DNA of 26,079 nt from a virus (taxonomy: Duplodnaviria; Caudoviricetes), in the IMG/VR virus record IMGVR_UViG_3300020043_007700, positions 1 through 26,079 of that record; one strand, written 5' to 3'. The notes under the pieces were generated by a model that saw only the letters and a list, made by a program, of their open reading frames with translations, was not told the origin of the DNA and did not search any database. Position 1 is the first letter of the stretch; the number at the start of each line of letters is the position of its first letter. The position numbers were made by a program, and so were the translations under genes. Positions 15,738 to 26,079 of the stretch are shown in pieces.

Positions 15738-15769
15738 TTAGAGCCCCCACAAAAATTATATTTTTTACT

Positions 15770-16540
15770 ATGGAAAAACACATAATTGAGTTTGAAGGAA
15801 GGGAGTTTCCTGTTGTGGAACCCACCATTGAATTATGGAACAAAATGTCTGTGTTAAAAGACCTATATTCTGAGGAGGATTTCTCCTTAATGATGATTTC
15901 AATAGCCACGGGTTTGTCCACAGATGAACTCAGAGAAGCCGAATGGGAGGGTGTTTATAATACCTCACAATATTTGGCAAATTATTTTTTACAGGAGGGG
16001 GAAAAATTCTACAACGAGTTTGAGTTTGAGGGACAAAAATACAGGTTCATCAACCTTGATAAACTGACCTTTGGTGAATTCATTGATATTGATGAGTTCT
16101 TATCCAAGCCCGAGAGTGAAAGGATGTCCAAAATGAACCATTTGATGGCTCTGTTTTACCGAGAGGTCAATGAGGATGGGACACTCCCCCCATACAACGC
16201 AGTTCTCGTACCTGACCGAAGTGAAAAATTCAGGAAACTACCACTAAAATATTTAAGGTCATCCCTTAACTTTTTTTTTTCGTTTAGAAAGCATCTTGAA
16301 AAAAAATACCCACTCATATTCATACCGAATGAAGGCGAGATTGATAAGGATAATAAGAACTCCTTTGAGGGTTTTTGGGGGTGGTATTCTATCCTTGTAT
16401 ATTTATCTGGTGAGGACATCCTTAAAATACAAGAAATCGCATCCAAAAACCTGATTGAAGTGTTTAACTATTTGACCTACATGAAGGACTTGACGATGTT
16501 ACGAGAAAGAGAATTGAAAAAAACACTACAAAAGGTATGA
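15770..16540 (+). CDS. Tail assembly chaperone (G and T portions in one frame), with a T10 slippery site at 16271-16280
   Basis: [10 protein letters not shown] and MALFYR motifs, then FFF at the poly-T, then WGWY...FNYLTY; lies upstream of tail genes. Confidence 0.7.
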   Translation: MEKHIIEFEGREFPVVEPTIELWNKMSVLKDLYSEEDFSLMMISIATGLSTDELREAEWEGVYNTSQYLANYFLQEGEKFYNEFEFEGQKYRFINLDKLTFGEFIDIDEFLSKPESERMSKMNHLMALFYREVNEDGTLPPYNAVLVPDRSEKFRKLPLKYLRSSLNFFFSFRKHLEKKYPLIFIPNEGEIDKDNKNSFEGFWGWYSILVYLSGEDILKIQEIASKNLIEVFNYLTYMKDLTMLRERELKKTLQKV

Positions 16541-18249
16541 ACTATGTGAATTTCAAACAGGTTATTGATGACCTCAAAAAAATACAACTTTACCACAAAC
16601 AACTTAATTCGTTTGGGGTGGGGGATATTAGACAACTTATTTATTTAACTCAACAAAGAGACAAGGTTGATAATACGACCAGAAATTTGGCTCCGATTTA
16701 TCCTTTGATGTATGTTGTCCCCCAATCAAATAGCCAAAATCAAAACTTTGAGACCCTATCTTTTAATGTCCTAATCTTGGATATTATGAACGCAAATAAC
16801 TTCAACATTGAGGTTGATTTGTGGTCAGATACTCTACAGATTGCTCAGGATGTTTTGGCTCAATACAAGTTTTCAGTTTTACCAGGTCAAGGAAATTACG
16901 AGGAAAGATACGACATTGAACTACCGACAACCATCACCCCATTTTCTGAAGCGTATGATGATATTTTGGTCGGTTGGAACCTATCTTTGAACCTGACAAT
17001 CGCACAACCTCTTAATCGTTGTATTGCTCCGTTTAATCCGTTCATTGAGGACGAATTATGTTATTGTGAAAGTGAATTACAAATCACTGGTTCAACCACC
17101 TCACAGGTCAATGACGGAACCTATGGTAGGGTTTATTATTATAGTGGGGGTTCATTCAATTTTGGTTACACACAAATTAGTGGATTTACAGGTTCGAATT
17201 ACGATGTGTATTTCAACGAGGGTTACGCCCCTGATGGAAACCTGTATCCTGTGTATCAAAATTTTGATGGAGAATTTTATACCTACACAAGGGTATTCTC
17301 TGGTACCACAGATTTAGGATGGGGGGTTGTTCACACCGATTACGATAGTATTGTTCTTCAAGGTCAAGTCACGACAGGTATCTTGGAGGTCAATACAGGG
17401 GATTTCCTGTACGATTACGAGTACAAAGGGGTCATCTATCCACAAGCGAGGAGTTATTCATCTACGACCCTTAATTTCGGTTATGAATTATTCTATCCTG
17501 TGGTATGTCCTTTGGTTCCAAGTCCACAACCAAGTCCAAGTCCAACACAAACCCCAACAAATACACCGACACCATCAGTTAGTCCTACTATAACCCCGAC
17601 GATTACCCCTACGATTACACCGACAGCAACGAGCACAATTACACCAACCCCTTCGGTAAGTCCGAGTTTAACACCAAGTATAACTCCTACGATTACACCA
17701 ACAATTACATCAACGAATACCCCAACACCTTCACCTTCATTCGTTTCATACGCTGTTAGTTTTGTGAGTAGTGGTGATACCGTTGAAGATTTATGTTCAA
17801 ATCCTCAACCAATACCAACATTATATTCACCACAACCATTTTTCACTAACGAACAACAACTTTACTATGATAGTGCTTTAACACAATACATAGATTGGCA
17901 AACAGAGATTTTATGGCTTTCAACAGGGGGGACACAACTATATTTCTATGGTTTTGCGACTTTTGGGTTATCAACTTATGGATTTGGATGTCCTTCTCCA
18001 ACTCCAACTCCGACAATAACATCAACCAATACCCCAACTCCATCAATAACACCGAGTATTACCCCAAGTATTACCGCATCAATTACACCAACTATAACGC
18101 CGAGTATTACTCCAAGTATTACTCCATCAATTACACCAACTATAACCCCAACTCCAAGTTCTACACCTTCAGGTGACATTCTTTTAGAGGCTGAGAATGG
18201 GGATGTTTTAACAACAGAACAAGATAATCCACTTGAACCAAATTTATAA
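16537..18249 (+). CDS. Tail terminator-like protein extended with Cys-bounded modules and Pro/Thr stalks
   Basis: N-terminal ~165 aa has [27 protein letters not shown] and NRC.AP motifs; two PT tracts; ends in [14 protein letters not shown]. Confidence 0.7.
   Translation: MNYVNFKQVIDDLKKIQLYHKQLNSFGVGDIRQLIYLTQQRDKVDNTTRNLAPIYPLMYVVPQSNSQNQNFETLSFNVLILDIMNANNFNIEVDLWSDTLQIAQDVLAQYKFSVLPGQGNYEERYDIELPTTITPFSEAYDDILVGWNLSLNLTIAQPLNRCIAPFNPFIEDELCYCESELQITGSTTSQVNDGTYGRVYYYSGGSFNFGYTQISGFTGSNYDVYFNEGYAPDGNLYPVYQNFDGEFYTYTRVFSGTTDLGWGVVHTDYDSIVLQGQVTTGILEVNTGDFLYDYEYKGVIYPQARSYSSTTLNFGYELFYPVVCPLVPSPQPSPSPTQTPTNTPTPSVSPTITPTITPTITPTATSTITPTPSVSPSLTPSITPTITPTITSTNTPTPSPSFVSYAVSFVSSGDTVEDLCSNPQPIPTLYSPQPFFTNEQQLYYDSALTQYIDWQTEILWLSTGGTQLYFYGFATFGLSTYGFGCPSPTPTPTITSTNTPTPSITPSITPSITASITPTITPSITPSITPSITPTITPTPSSTPSGDILLEAENGDVLTTEQDNPLEPNL
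17518..17739 (+). repeat. Coding Pro/Thr/Ser repeat tract
   Basis: [31 protein letters not shown]... Confidence 0.95.
17992..18171 (+). repeat. Coding Pro/Thr/Ser repeat tract
   Basis: [28 protein letters not shown]... Confidence 0.95.
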
Positions 18250-18252
18250 AAA

Positions 18253-20220
18253 ATGGCAAACATTAAAATTTCTCAACTCACAGCCACTACGAATAACTCA
18301 ATTGGTTCGTATTTGGTGATAAATAATTCTGGTGAAACAACCACCAACAAATCACAATTGGAATATGTCTTGGGTCTTACAAAAGGCGTGGGGGCAAATT
18401 CCATTAAATCAAACGACTTTTTAACCGCAAATGGTACCATCGCAGACACCGAAAGTTCAATCGTTTTGGGTAATGGTGCTTCCGCATTTACCGCAGATGA
18501 ACAAATTATTATCGGTAAAGGTGCTTATGGTCAATCTATTGGGGTCATCGCAATTGGAACTAATGCTCGCGACCAAGGCACGGGTAGGGATTATGGTATT
18601 GCTATAGGTTATGACGCAGAAATTTATCAATCAGGAGCAATTGTAATCGGTAAAAACGCTGGTGCTGTAACCGATGCTTTTGCCATTGGAAACACCGCGA
18701 GAGCAATCGCAACGGAAACCATAGCAATTGGAAACAACTCAGTGGTTGCGGGTAACCTTTCTACCGGTATTGGTGGTTCGGTTTTTTCGGATAAACCTAA
18801 AAATACTACAATTGGTTATGATGCCTATTCTGATGGGGAAAATTCAACTGCTATAGGTGCTGACCATATATTAGGTCAGACTGGTGGACAATCAGATTAT
18901 TCACACACCTTTGGTTACAAAAATACTATCAGCAATGGAGCACAATATAGTGTAGTAATTGGAACCGAAGTCACCAACCAATCCAATGGAACAATCGCAA
19001 TATCAAACGAATTGGTTGATTTGGGGGACAATAGTGAAAACTCAGTTTTTATTATGGGAACTGGTCACACGGTCAACACGAGAATTGGTCGCTCAGGAGT
19101 TTTTATTGGTGGTTATTCTCATACCTTCACAGACCCTGGTGTAGGTTCATTTAACTATGGTGGTTTTCAAACAACAAACTCATCTACAGGAGAGAATTCA
19201 GGGGTATTCCATAGTGACACTTCAAGCGTTGTGGATTATGGTCGTTTAGCGGGGGTTTATGGTTCAAGATTATCGTCCATATCAGGTAATTCAGGTAGTT
19301 CATTTTCTACTTGGGGTTCAAGTGTAATTTCAACGAATGAAAGTACCATCAAAAATGCTCGTTTTTCAAATATTTTAGGTGGCTCACAGAATGACTTGTT
19401 GGAGGTTGGGTCATCCGTAATTTTTGCTGGAGATGCCAACCTGATTAAAGGTGAAGGTGGTGCTAATTTGATTGGTGGTTCACAACAATCAACCATTGAT
19501 AACAACAACAATAATACAAATGTGGTGAACGCCATAATCGGTGGTAACGAATGTAATTTATTTGATACTGACCAGAGTGGAATTTTCATAAGTAATGAAT
19601 CTGGTATTTCGGGTGGTTCAGTCAACACAATCGTCGGTGGAGCAAGAAACAAAATTATCAGTTCTCCATTCAACAACGATATTATTGGTTCTGAGAATTG
19701 TTTAATTTCTCAAGCAGATAAAAGTTCAATTTATAATTCAATATTTTGTGAAATAAGTGCTGCGAGAGAAAGGGTAACATTTATCAATTCATCGGGTTCT
19801 ACCATTAGCGCAGGAGACAACCAAGTTGGTATTGGATTGTTCAACAGAACCCCAAATGTTGATAACACCACATCGGTTGAAAATATCCACTACTTCAGAC
19901 GGATTTCAACTGAGGTTCAGTCAATGGTCACAGGTACCATTTTCACCGGTACAACCGCAGTGGATTGGAACTTGGGGGGTAAGGCTCAAATCACAATCAC
20001 GGGGGCTTCAAATGTTGAATTCACCAATGTTCGTGATGGTGCGAGTTTCTTACTCAAAACCACAACCAATGGTGGTCATACAATCACTTGGTCATCTACG
20101 GGTTATACCTTCAAGTGGAAAGGTGGAGATAGTGCCCCCTCAAACAACAAAACCGACCTATGGAGATTTGATGTATATGGTACAGAAATCTATGGTGAAA
20201 AAATTGCTGACTTTAGTTAA
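18253..20220 (+). CDS. Fibre/adhesin protein with YadA-head-like and beta-helix repeats
   Basis: MANIKISQL N-terminus, ~14-aa (A/V)IG repeats, IIGG..N repeats, and a C-terminal DW..G...FTN...W...FKW..G..P...D fibre domain. Confidence 0.75.
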   Translation: MANIKISQLTATTNNSIGSYLVINNSGETTTNKSQLEYVLGLTKGVGANSIKSNDFLTANGTIADTESSIVLGNGASAFTADEQIIIGKGAYGQSIGVIAIGTNARDQGTGRDYGIAIGYDAEIYQSGAIVIGKNAGAVTDAFAIGNTARAIATETIAIGNNSVVAGNLSTGIGGSVFSDKPKNTTIGYDAYSDGENSTAIGADHILGQTGGQSDYSHTFGYKNTISNGAQYSVVIGTEVTNQSNGTIAISNELVDLGDNSENSVFIMGTGHTVNTRIGRSGVFIGGYSHTFTDPGVGSFNYGGFQTTNSSTGENSGVFHSDTSSVVDYGRLAGVYGSRLSSISGNSGSSFSTWGSSVISTNESTIKNARFSNILGGSQNDLLEVGSSVIFAGDANLIKGEGGANLIGGSQQSTIDNNNNNTNVVNAIIGGNECNLFDTDQSGIFISNESGISGGSVNTIVGGARNKIISSPFNNDIIGSENCLISQADKSSIYNSIFCEISAARERVTFINSSGSTISAGDNQVGIGLFNRTPNVDNTTSVENIHYFRRISTEVQSMVTGTIFTGTTAVDWNLGGKAQITITGASNVEFTNVRDGASFLLKTTTNGGHTITWSSTGYTFKWKGGDSAPSNNKTDLWRFDVYGTEIYGEKIADFS

Positions 20221-20233
20221 TTCTTAATTCACG

Positions 20234-20767
20234 ATGGACGAGCAGTATAAACAATTTATGAACACTTGGGGGCAGAAACTCGTAGAACGCCTCAAGCAAG
20301 CACTCGTACAAAATCCTGATGGTGGTGGGGGTTATCCCTATGCGCCAGGTTTTAATGGGAATGCTTACTCATTAGGTCGTAATAAATCCTTCGGTGGTGT
20401 TGGAGACAAAATCGCAACAGGTAGTTTATACAACTCAATTTCATTTCAAGAGACCTCTGACGGATTTGCTTTGTTGATGAATTCATATTGGGAGTATGTG
20501 AATTATGGCAGACGACCAGGAAAATATGTCCCAATAGAACCCCTCCAACAATGGGCTCAACAAAGATTAGGGTTGGATGCTAAAGAGGCTCGTGGAATGG
20601 CGTTTGGAATGTCAAATAATATTCAAAAATTCGGTATTGCTCCCACCAACTTTTTTGAAGGTGCTTTGGAGTTATGGGAACAGGATTTCACCGGTCCACT
20701 TAATGATGAAATTGGTCGTTCAATTGACGATTTCTTACAAAATATTTTATACGAAAATTTAGAGTAA
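20234..20767 (+). CDS. Tail completion / HK97 gp10-like protein
   Basis: ATGSLYNSI, YWEYVNYGRRPG and GIAPTNFF motifs. Confidence 0.65.
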   Translation: MDEQYKQFMNTWGQKLVERLKQALVQNPDGGGGYPYAPGFNGNAYSLGRNKSFGGVGDKIATGSLYNSISFQETSDGFALLMNSYWEYVNYGRRPGKYVPIEPLQQWAQQRLGLDAKEARGMAFGMSNNIQKFGIAPTNFFEGALELWEQDFTGPLNDEIGRSIDDFLQNILYENLE

Positions 20768-20769
20768 AA

Positions 20770-22647
20770 ATGGCAATCACGATTTTACAACAACCCTTAT
20801 TTTATACCCCCTCAAACGCTCAGCATGTTTACACGGCATCCTCAACTTTGACGGGGAATACCGATTTCAGGTATGTCTTTGATGTTTGGTTAAATCCTCG
20901 TCAGTCCAATGCGGAACGGGTTGCTCGTTTGAAGATTGCCCCCAACACATACGGGGTGGGAATTGCTGATGTGGGGGACATTGTTAAGAATTATCTCATA
21001 GCAAACCCTCGTAGTTCATACTTCCAAGCCACATCATCGTCCTCTACGAGCAATATAACGACGCCTAACGGACTTTTGATAAACGCACAAGCCTCAGGGT
21101 CAACATCAGGAATTGCGGGTCTCTCGCACAATAATTTTAACACCAACTCTGCGTATGAATATCTACCTCACATCGCAGAATATTGTGTTTTAATTGGTCA
21201 GCAGTGGAGTGTGAATGGAATACCACAAGTTGAAATTTGTGAAGACCCCTCATTATCCCCTTCAACTTTTACTTACGAGTTAGGTGATTTACCAGCGGCT
21301 TATTTAGGTAGTCCGAATACAATCTTCGTTAGTGGTGCGGGAGCAAATCTACCATCATGGGGAGTTCCTGAAGCACTTGGATGGAGTTATGTTCATAACG
21401 ATAGCCTCGGAAATTTGGTCGCCAGTGGAACATCAACGGCTCAGACAGGTTCATATACCGCAACACTCCAACCGAATGGTTTTGATGTGTTGTATATGAT
21501 TGAAAATTATTCAGGAATTTTTTACTCATTTGTGTGGGGTGATGAGGTTACAGGTTGGGGGTATGTTTCAACATACATTCCACCTTGTATGAACCAACCT
21601 GGTTTTATGACGATTTGGCCCGGCGTCCAAGAGAATTTAACGAACTTCAATTACAATAACATTTATTGGACGGGAAATACCAATGGAAGTCAAAACCAAA
21701 TGTATTGGGAACAATACAAATACAAGTTCGCATCGGGTGTAAATTCTTATACGGCAATCACAGAAAATAACCCTGCTCAGTTTTTGACAACATTTGGAGA
21801 CGAGTTATTTCAGACAAAAGTTTGGACGGGGGTACAACAATCAGTCAGTAGGGTTAGACGAAGAAGTCATCACCCTGAGTGTCCTGTTTTGTTATCGTAT
21901 TTTGGTAGTGATTTCCAACCCAATTTTTCAAGTTGGAATATCTCAGGAACATCAATCAATTATTCCCTCACTCAAGACCAAGATTACTCAAATTCAGCAA
22001 ACCTTGTTTTCACAGGGACACCATCGGGATATACCACCGTTCCTGACAACAGAATTTTATACACAATAATCCGCAATCCATCGTGGATAAATTCGGGGGG
22101 TAAACTCGCAGTTTGGATGACAAGTGATACGGCTTGGGATAACAGAATTTCAGAGGTGGTAGAATACTACTTTATGGACAACGATTGTCTCTCAACACCG
22201 ATACATTTTCTCTTTCTTAATCAACGAGGGACTTGGGACACTTGGTCGTTCGACAGAAAGCACATCAAATCACAGGAAAAGTCCAATTCAATCTACGCTC
22301 AGGGGGTTATTAGAAACTCACCAAGATACAATCCATTCTTCTATCAGAAACGAGATATTATCTATGACCAAAATGTGGATGTTATTGTGGAGGCACAAAC
22401 CAATTTTATGGACGAGAACGACAGAAAAATTGTTGAGGAAATTTTCTTATCAACGGATGTTTATTTGATTGAGGATTGGTCATATCCTGGTGATGGAGCA
22501 ACCGCATATCAAAAGACCCCATACCTCATCCCTATTGTGATTGAAAGTAATTCACTACAAGATTACAAAAACCGATACAATAAGTTGTTTCAATATACAC
22601 TCACCTTCAGGTATAACCCTGTTCAACTCAAAAGAAGTAATTTGTAA
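20770..22647 (+). CDS. Distal tail / baseplate structural protein
   Basis: FRYVFDV N-terminus; C-terminal FLNQRGTWD.W.F, TNFMDE and IFLS.DVY motifs; upstream of the hub-like gene. Confidence 0.65.
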   Translation: MAITILQQPLFYTPSNAQHVYTASSTLTGNTDFRYVFDVWLNPRQSNAERVARLKIAPNTYGVGIADVGDIVKNYLIANPRSSYFQATSSSSTSNITTPNGLLINAQASGSTSGIAGLSHNNFNTNSAYEYLPHIAEYCVLIGQQWSVNGIPQVEICEDPSLSPSTFTYELGDLPAAYLGSPNTIFVSGAGANLPSWGVPEALGWSYVHNDSLGNLVASGTSTAQTGSYTATLQPNGFDVLYMIENYSGIFYSFVWGDEVTGWGYVSTYIPPCMNQPGFMTIWPGVQENLTNFNYNNIYWTGNTNGSQNQMYWEQYKYKFASGVNSYTAITENNPAQFLTTFGDELFQTKVWTGVQQSVSRVRRRSHHPECPVLLSYFGSDFQPNFSSWNISGTSINYSLTQDQDYSNSANLVFTGTPSGYTTVPDNRILYTIIRNPSWINSGGKLAVWMTSDTAWDNRISEVVEYYFMDNDCLSTPIHFLFLNQRGTWDTWSFDRKHIKSQEKSNSIYAQGVIRNSPRYNPFFYQKRDIIYDQNVDVIVEAQTNFMDENDRKIVEEIFLSTDVYLIEDWSYPGDGATAYQKTPYLIPIVIESNSLQDYKNRYNKLFQYTLTFRYNPVQLKRSNL

Positions 22648-25600
22648 TGCTGCGTCTCCGTACTGAAATCAACAATGAAATCCGATATATTGACCTCTTT
22701 GAGGATGAAACCATTTTTGCGGACTACTCGTTTGCTGAAATCCAAGACATCACGAGTAAGAATTCTACCTACACCAAAAATTTTACCATACCAGGTTCAA
22801 AGAACAACAACGATATATTCCAACATTTTTACGATTTTAACACAGCTCTGACTGACTACGATATTCGTACGGCTTTCGTGGCTGCGTTTGAGAATGACGG
22901 GTACATTATTTTTGAGGGTTTTATTCGTTTAGAGAGCGTTACAATCAACATTACTGATGTGACCTACAATGTGATTTTTTATTCCAATGTGGGTCGTTTA
23001 ACATCGGAAATGGGGGACTTGGTTTTGGCTGATTTGGACTACTCAGAACTTGCTCACGAGTATACCGCCTCAAATATTATTTCAAGTATCTATGACCCTG
23101 ATTTTTCAGTACCCACAGGTAATCCTTTGACGGATGGTCGGGTCACCTATATGCTCGCAGCCTACGGATACGATTATGGTGATGATAAAGAAATCATTTC
23201 GGGTTCAACCCCCATCATTGATTTTAGGAGTAGTTTAATTCAGGGTTATTTTGACAATATCGGAACACCTTTACGATTTTACTACCTCAAGCCAGCCATC
23301 CAATTAAAATGGATTTATGAGAAGATTTTTTCTGAGGCTGGTTTCTCCATTGATAGTAGTTTTTTTGAGACCGCTTATTTTAAGAGATTTTACCTACCTC
23401 TGACCTTCAATACCGATAGTTTGTACCTCAATCAATCGGTGAGACCTGAATTCAATTTCCAAAACGATGGTCGTAGTTTGGGGTCACTGGTTGAACAAAA
23501 TATTTTATGGACACCCATCTTAAATAACGGAACGCCAGGACCGGCTGAGAGTTTACAAAGAGGTCTTCAATCACCTGTTTTGGTGGATAACATTCAAGCC
23601 AGTGCCTTATCGCCATGGGCGTTTGTGGTTCCTGAAGATGGAAACTACACCTTTGAGATTACTTGGGGGGGATACAATACCAAACCATTTAGAGACCCCA
23701 CTATTATTGAGGATGCTGCCGGTGAAATTTACCTCCACGAAATTCAACTCGGTGGTGTAAATGGTCTTTCTGGTAGAACCATTTGGAGTGAAAATATTGT
23801 AATGCCAGCGGGGGGTGCTTTTATCTTTACATATACAGCCAATTTATACCTCTCATCCAACTTTTCATACGCCTTGGATATTTCAAAGGTCATACCGGGT
23901 TATGAACCTATGGAATGGAACTACATTGGGATGAAATTGGTGGACGGGCCCAGAGTGGTCGTGGGTCTTGTAGATTTGGGATTGGAATTACCCCCAACGG
24001 AAGTAAAACAGGTTGATTTTATCACGGGTATAAACAGACGATTTAACCTCCTTGTAACTCCAAGTCCTTATGAGAGTAATCGGTTCATTGTTGAACCACT
24101 TGTGGATTACATTGGTGAGGGGGAAGTATTGGATTGGTCTCAAAAATTGGATTGGGATAGTCCTATAAACATCCAATCAACGAGTTCAATCATAAATGGT
24201 ACCCTATATTTTGGTGCTGAAAAGGATGAGGATTTTGGTAATGTGGAATACTCCAAACAGACCAACAATATTTTCGGAACACAATACAAAAATCTGACCC
24301 TTGATTACAAGAGTGAGAACACCATTTTCAACGATGGTTTCTCCAATGCGGTTGACCAAGTGTTGAATAATATCAACTCACCGAATATCACCATTCCGAT
24401 TTATTTTATCACCCGTGAGGAGGACAACGACGCTCAGCCAGAACTATTCTATAACGCTCGTAAAACCATTCCAAGAATTGTTTTCAGAGGGTTAAATCTA
24501 CCATCGTATAATGTGGGATTTTATGCGAGTTCAGCGTTCACATTCCAAAACAATTTTTACATTGAAAATACGGAGGTTGATATATTCCCCCTCTATAACC
24601 GATTTACGACCTACCCATTTGGGGTCACTGGTCTGACCCATGCGGTGAATTTCAACAAGAGACAAAGGTTCAATGTTTTGGAGTACGATTTCAGTTGTTA
24701 TGAAGACCTCTACGACATTTATTACGAGGATTACATACAAGACCTCACCTCAAGTGATAATCGTGTCTTATCGGGTAAATTTTACTTATTACCTGAGGAG
24801 ATTGCCGCACTGAGAGGAGACGAAAAAATCTACCTTCAAGGAAACTACTATCGTATCAATAAATTGTCGGGTTATAACCTCACAGAAAGTGACACTACAA
24901 ATGTGGAACTAATCAAACTCACGAGTGATTATGAACCACATAGAACCCGTTATTTCAAACTGACAAATTGTCGTGATAGTGGGGATTTCAGATACGGAAA
25001 TACCGACCTAAATTACACCCTTTACGCTTATGTGGGAAATCGTATTGAGGTTGACGGGGAATGTTATACCATATCAAAGGATGTTTATAGGGATAATGTT
25101 GTATATGAACGATTTGAAACCGGTTTCCAAACCAATTCATTCTTACCACTAATCTACACAAATTGTAATTGTACTTTCCCTATAACATCCGTTTCAATTT
25201 ATGATGAACTTGGATGTAGTGTTCCACAACCTACCCCAACCATCACCAATAATTTGGGTGTTTATTACTACATTTTGGAGGATTGTACCGCACCTCGTCA
25301 GATATTGGCGAGATACTCAACATTCCCATTGGCTATTGGTCAGGTTGTAAGAACAATAAACGGAGGGGATACCTGTTATTTTGTACTTGATTTCACCACC
25401 ATACCAAACACCAACGACATCATTCAATTCTTTGATAGTTGTACAGCGTGTGCGGCTGTTGAAATATCACAGACCCCAACCCCAACGAGAACTCCAACCC
25501 CTACTCCAACCCCACCACCTTGTATCTGTGTTGAATACCAAATATTCAATACGGTGGATTTCTTCATTGAATACTTCTACACCCAATGTAACGGAACAAG

Positions 25601-26079
25601 AGTTCGTACCTCAATTAGAGCGGGAGAAATTCAATACCTCTGTGCGTGTGAGGATAGTTTTGAGGATGTTCAATTCCTGTCAATCATTCCACAAGGTGAA
25701 TGTGCTCTCACACCAACCCAAACTCCAACGAGAACCAAGAAACCAACACCAACTCCAACTATGAAAAGAACCACTGGTTTAAGTCCATCACCAACTACAA
25801 CCCCTACGAGAACGAGAACTCCGACACCTACCCCAACGAACACCTCACCACCTCCGACAAGAACTCCAACTCCGACAAGAACTGAATTTTTCTACTTTGT
25901 TCGTGAGGTAAATAATTGTACAACGGGAAGCGTAACCGGTCCGACCTATGTTGTAAGTGCTCCTGTAAATTATCCTGTAGGTACTTATGTAGAAACTACC
26001 CTAGCAAATTCTTTCTTCTGTGCTTGGAAAATCACCTCCATTACGACTGGTCCGGCAGCAGGTCAAATCACAGCGGCAT
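22647..26079 (+). CDS. Baseplate hub/tail tip protein with C-terminal Cys-rich modules and Pro/Thr linkers; 3'-truncated (>1140 aa; not in ORF track)
   Basis: ATG coupled to the previous stop (TAATG); starts MLRLRTEINNEIRYIDLFEDE...IQDITSKNSTYTKNFTIPGSKNNNDIFQHFY, later YYRINKL...T.VELIKL. The parts I translated are stop-free to the window edge, which explains the omission from the track. Confidence 0.85.
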   Translation, partial: MLRLRTEINNEIRYIDLFEDETIFADYSFAEIQDITSKNSTYTKNFTIPGSKNNNDIFQHFYDFNTALTDYDIRTAFVAAFENDGYIIFEGFIRLESVTINITDVTYNVIFYSNVGRLTSEMGDLVLADLDYSELAHEYTASNIISSIYDPDFSVPTGNPLTDGRVTYMLAAYGYDYGDDKEIISGSTPIIDFRSSLIQGYFDNIGTPLRFYYLKPAIQLKWIYEKIFSEAGFSIDSSFFETAYFKRFYLPLTFNTDSLYLNQSVRPEFNFQNDGRSLGSLVEQNILWTPILNNGTPGPAESLQRGLQSPVLVDNIQASALSPWAFVVPEDGNYTFEITWGGYNTKPFRDPTIIEDAAGEIYLHEIQLGGVNGLSGRTIWSENIVMPAGGAFIFTYTANLYLSSNFSYALDISKVIPGYEPMEWNYIGMKLVDGPRVVVGLVDLGLELPPTEVKQVDFITGINRRFNLLVTPSPYESNRFIVEPLVDYIGEGEVLDWSQKLDWDSPINIQSTSSIINGTLYFGAEKDEDFGNVEYSKQTNNIFGTQYKNLTLDYKSENTIFNDGFSNAVDQVLNNINSPNITIPIYFITREEDNDAQPELFYNARKTIPRIVFRGLNLPSYNVGFYASSAFTFQNNFYIENTEVDIFPLYNRFTTYPFGVTGLTHAVNFNKRQRFNVLEYDFSCYEDLYDIYYEDYIQDLTSSDNRVLSGKFYLLPEEIAALRGDEKIYLQGNYYRINKLSGYNLTESDTTNVELIKLTSDYEPHRTRYFKLTNCRDSGDFRYGNTDLNYTLYAYVGNRIEVDGECYTISKDVYRDNVVYERFETGFQTNSFLPLIYTNCNCTFPITSVSIYDELGCSVPQPTPTITNNLGVYYYILEDCTAPRQILARYSTFPLAIGQVVRTINGGDTCYFVLDFTTIPNTNDIIQFFDSCTACAAVEISQTPTPTRTPTPTPTPPPCICVEYQIFNTVDFFIEYFYTQCNGTRVRTSIRAGEIQYLCACEDSFEDVQFLSIIPQGECALTPTQTPTRTKKPTPTPTMKRTTGLSPSPTTTPTRTRTPTPTPTNTSPPPTRTPTPTRTEFFYFVREVNNCTTGSVTGPTYVVSAPVNYPVGTYVETTLANSFFCAWKITSITTGPAAGQITAA
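25709..25882 (+). repeat. Coding Pro/Thr/Arg linker
   Basis: TPTQTPTRTKKPTPTPT...TPTRTRTPTPTPTNTSPPPTRTPTPTRT; a shorter linker lies at ~25470-25520. Confidence 0.9.

Noticed and set aside
18253-20220. Diversity-generating retroelement target
   Set aside because: No reverse transcriptase and no template/variable repeat pair is visible in the window.
25381-25885. Track ORFs 25381-25764 and 25700-25885, plus short minus-strand ORFs at 23988 and 24531
   Set aside because: They are alternative frames inside the long 22647-26079 ORF.
1-26079. Stop-codon reassignment
   Set aside because: Genes are intact and tightly packed under code 11; TAG is rare but ends 13822-14073, and TGA ends several coupled genes.

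Overview
This window is part of a tailed dsDNA phage genome (siphovirus-like Caudoviricetes), almost certainly infecting a Bacteroidota host: four TTTG-N20-TAnnTTTG type promoters, A-rich translation starts without Shine-Dalgarno sequences, and a signal peptide followed by Gln. The gene order is: 5'-truncated XkdF-type prohead protease, scaffold, major capsid, major tail protein, neck/adaptor protein with a Pro/Thr stalk and beta-propeller, portal, head-tail connector, holin-like protein; a ~630-bp structured non-coding region; a block of small early genes; sigma factor, HTH, two TerS-like genes and TerL; then tail chaperone, tail terminator, fibre, tail completion, a Dit-like protein and a >1140-aa baseplate/hub ORF (22647 to the window end) absent from the ORF track. 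The most interesting signals are: (i) a tandem set of promoter-structured RNA-terminator units at 8314-8844 next to helically phased 11-bp repeats; (ii) a T10 slippery site in the tail chaperone with two open frames downstream; (iii) mucin-like Pro/Thr/Ser stalks with Cys-bounded modules fused to three core virion proteins; and (iv) no recognisable replication, integration or endolysin gene in a non-structural block bounded by structural genes on both sides. All product calls come from motif recognition and synteny; no database search was run.
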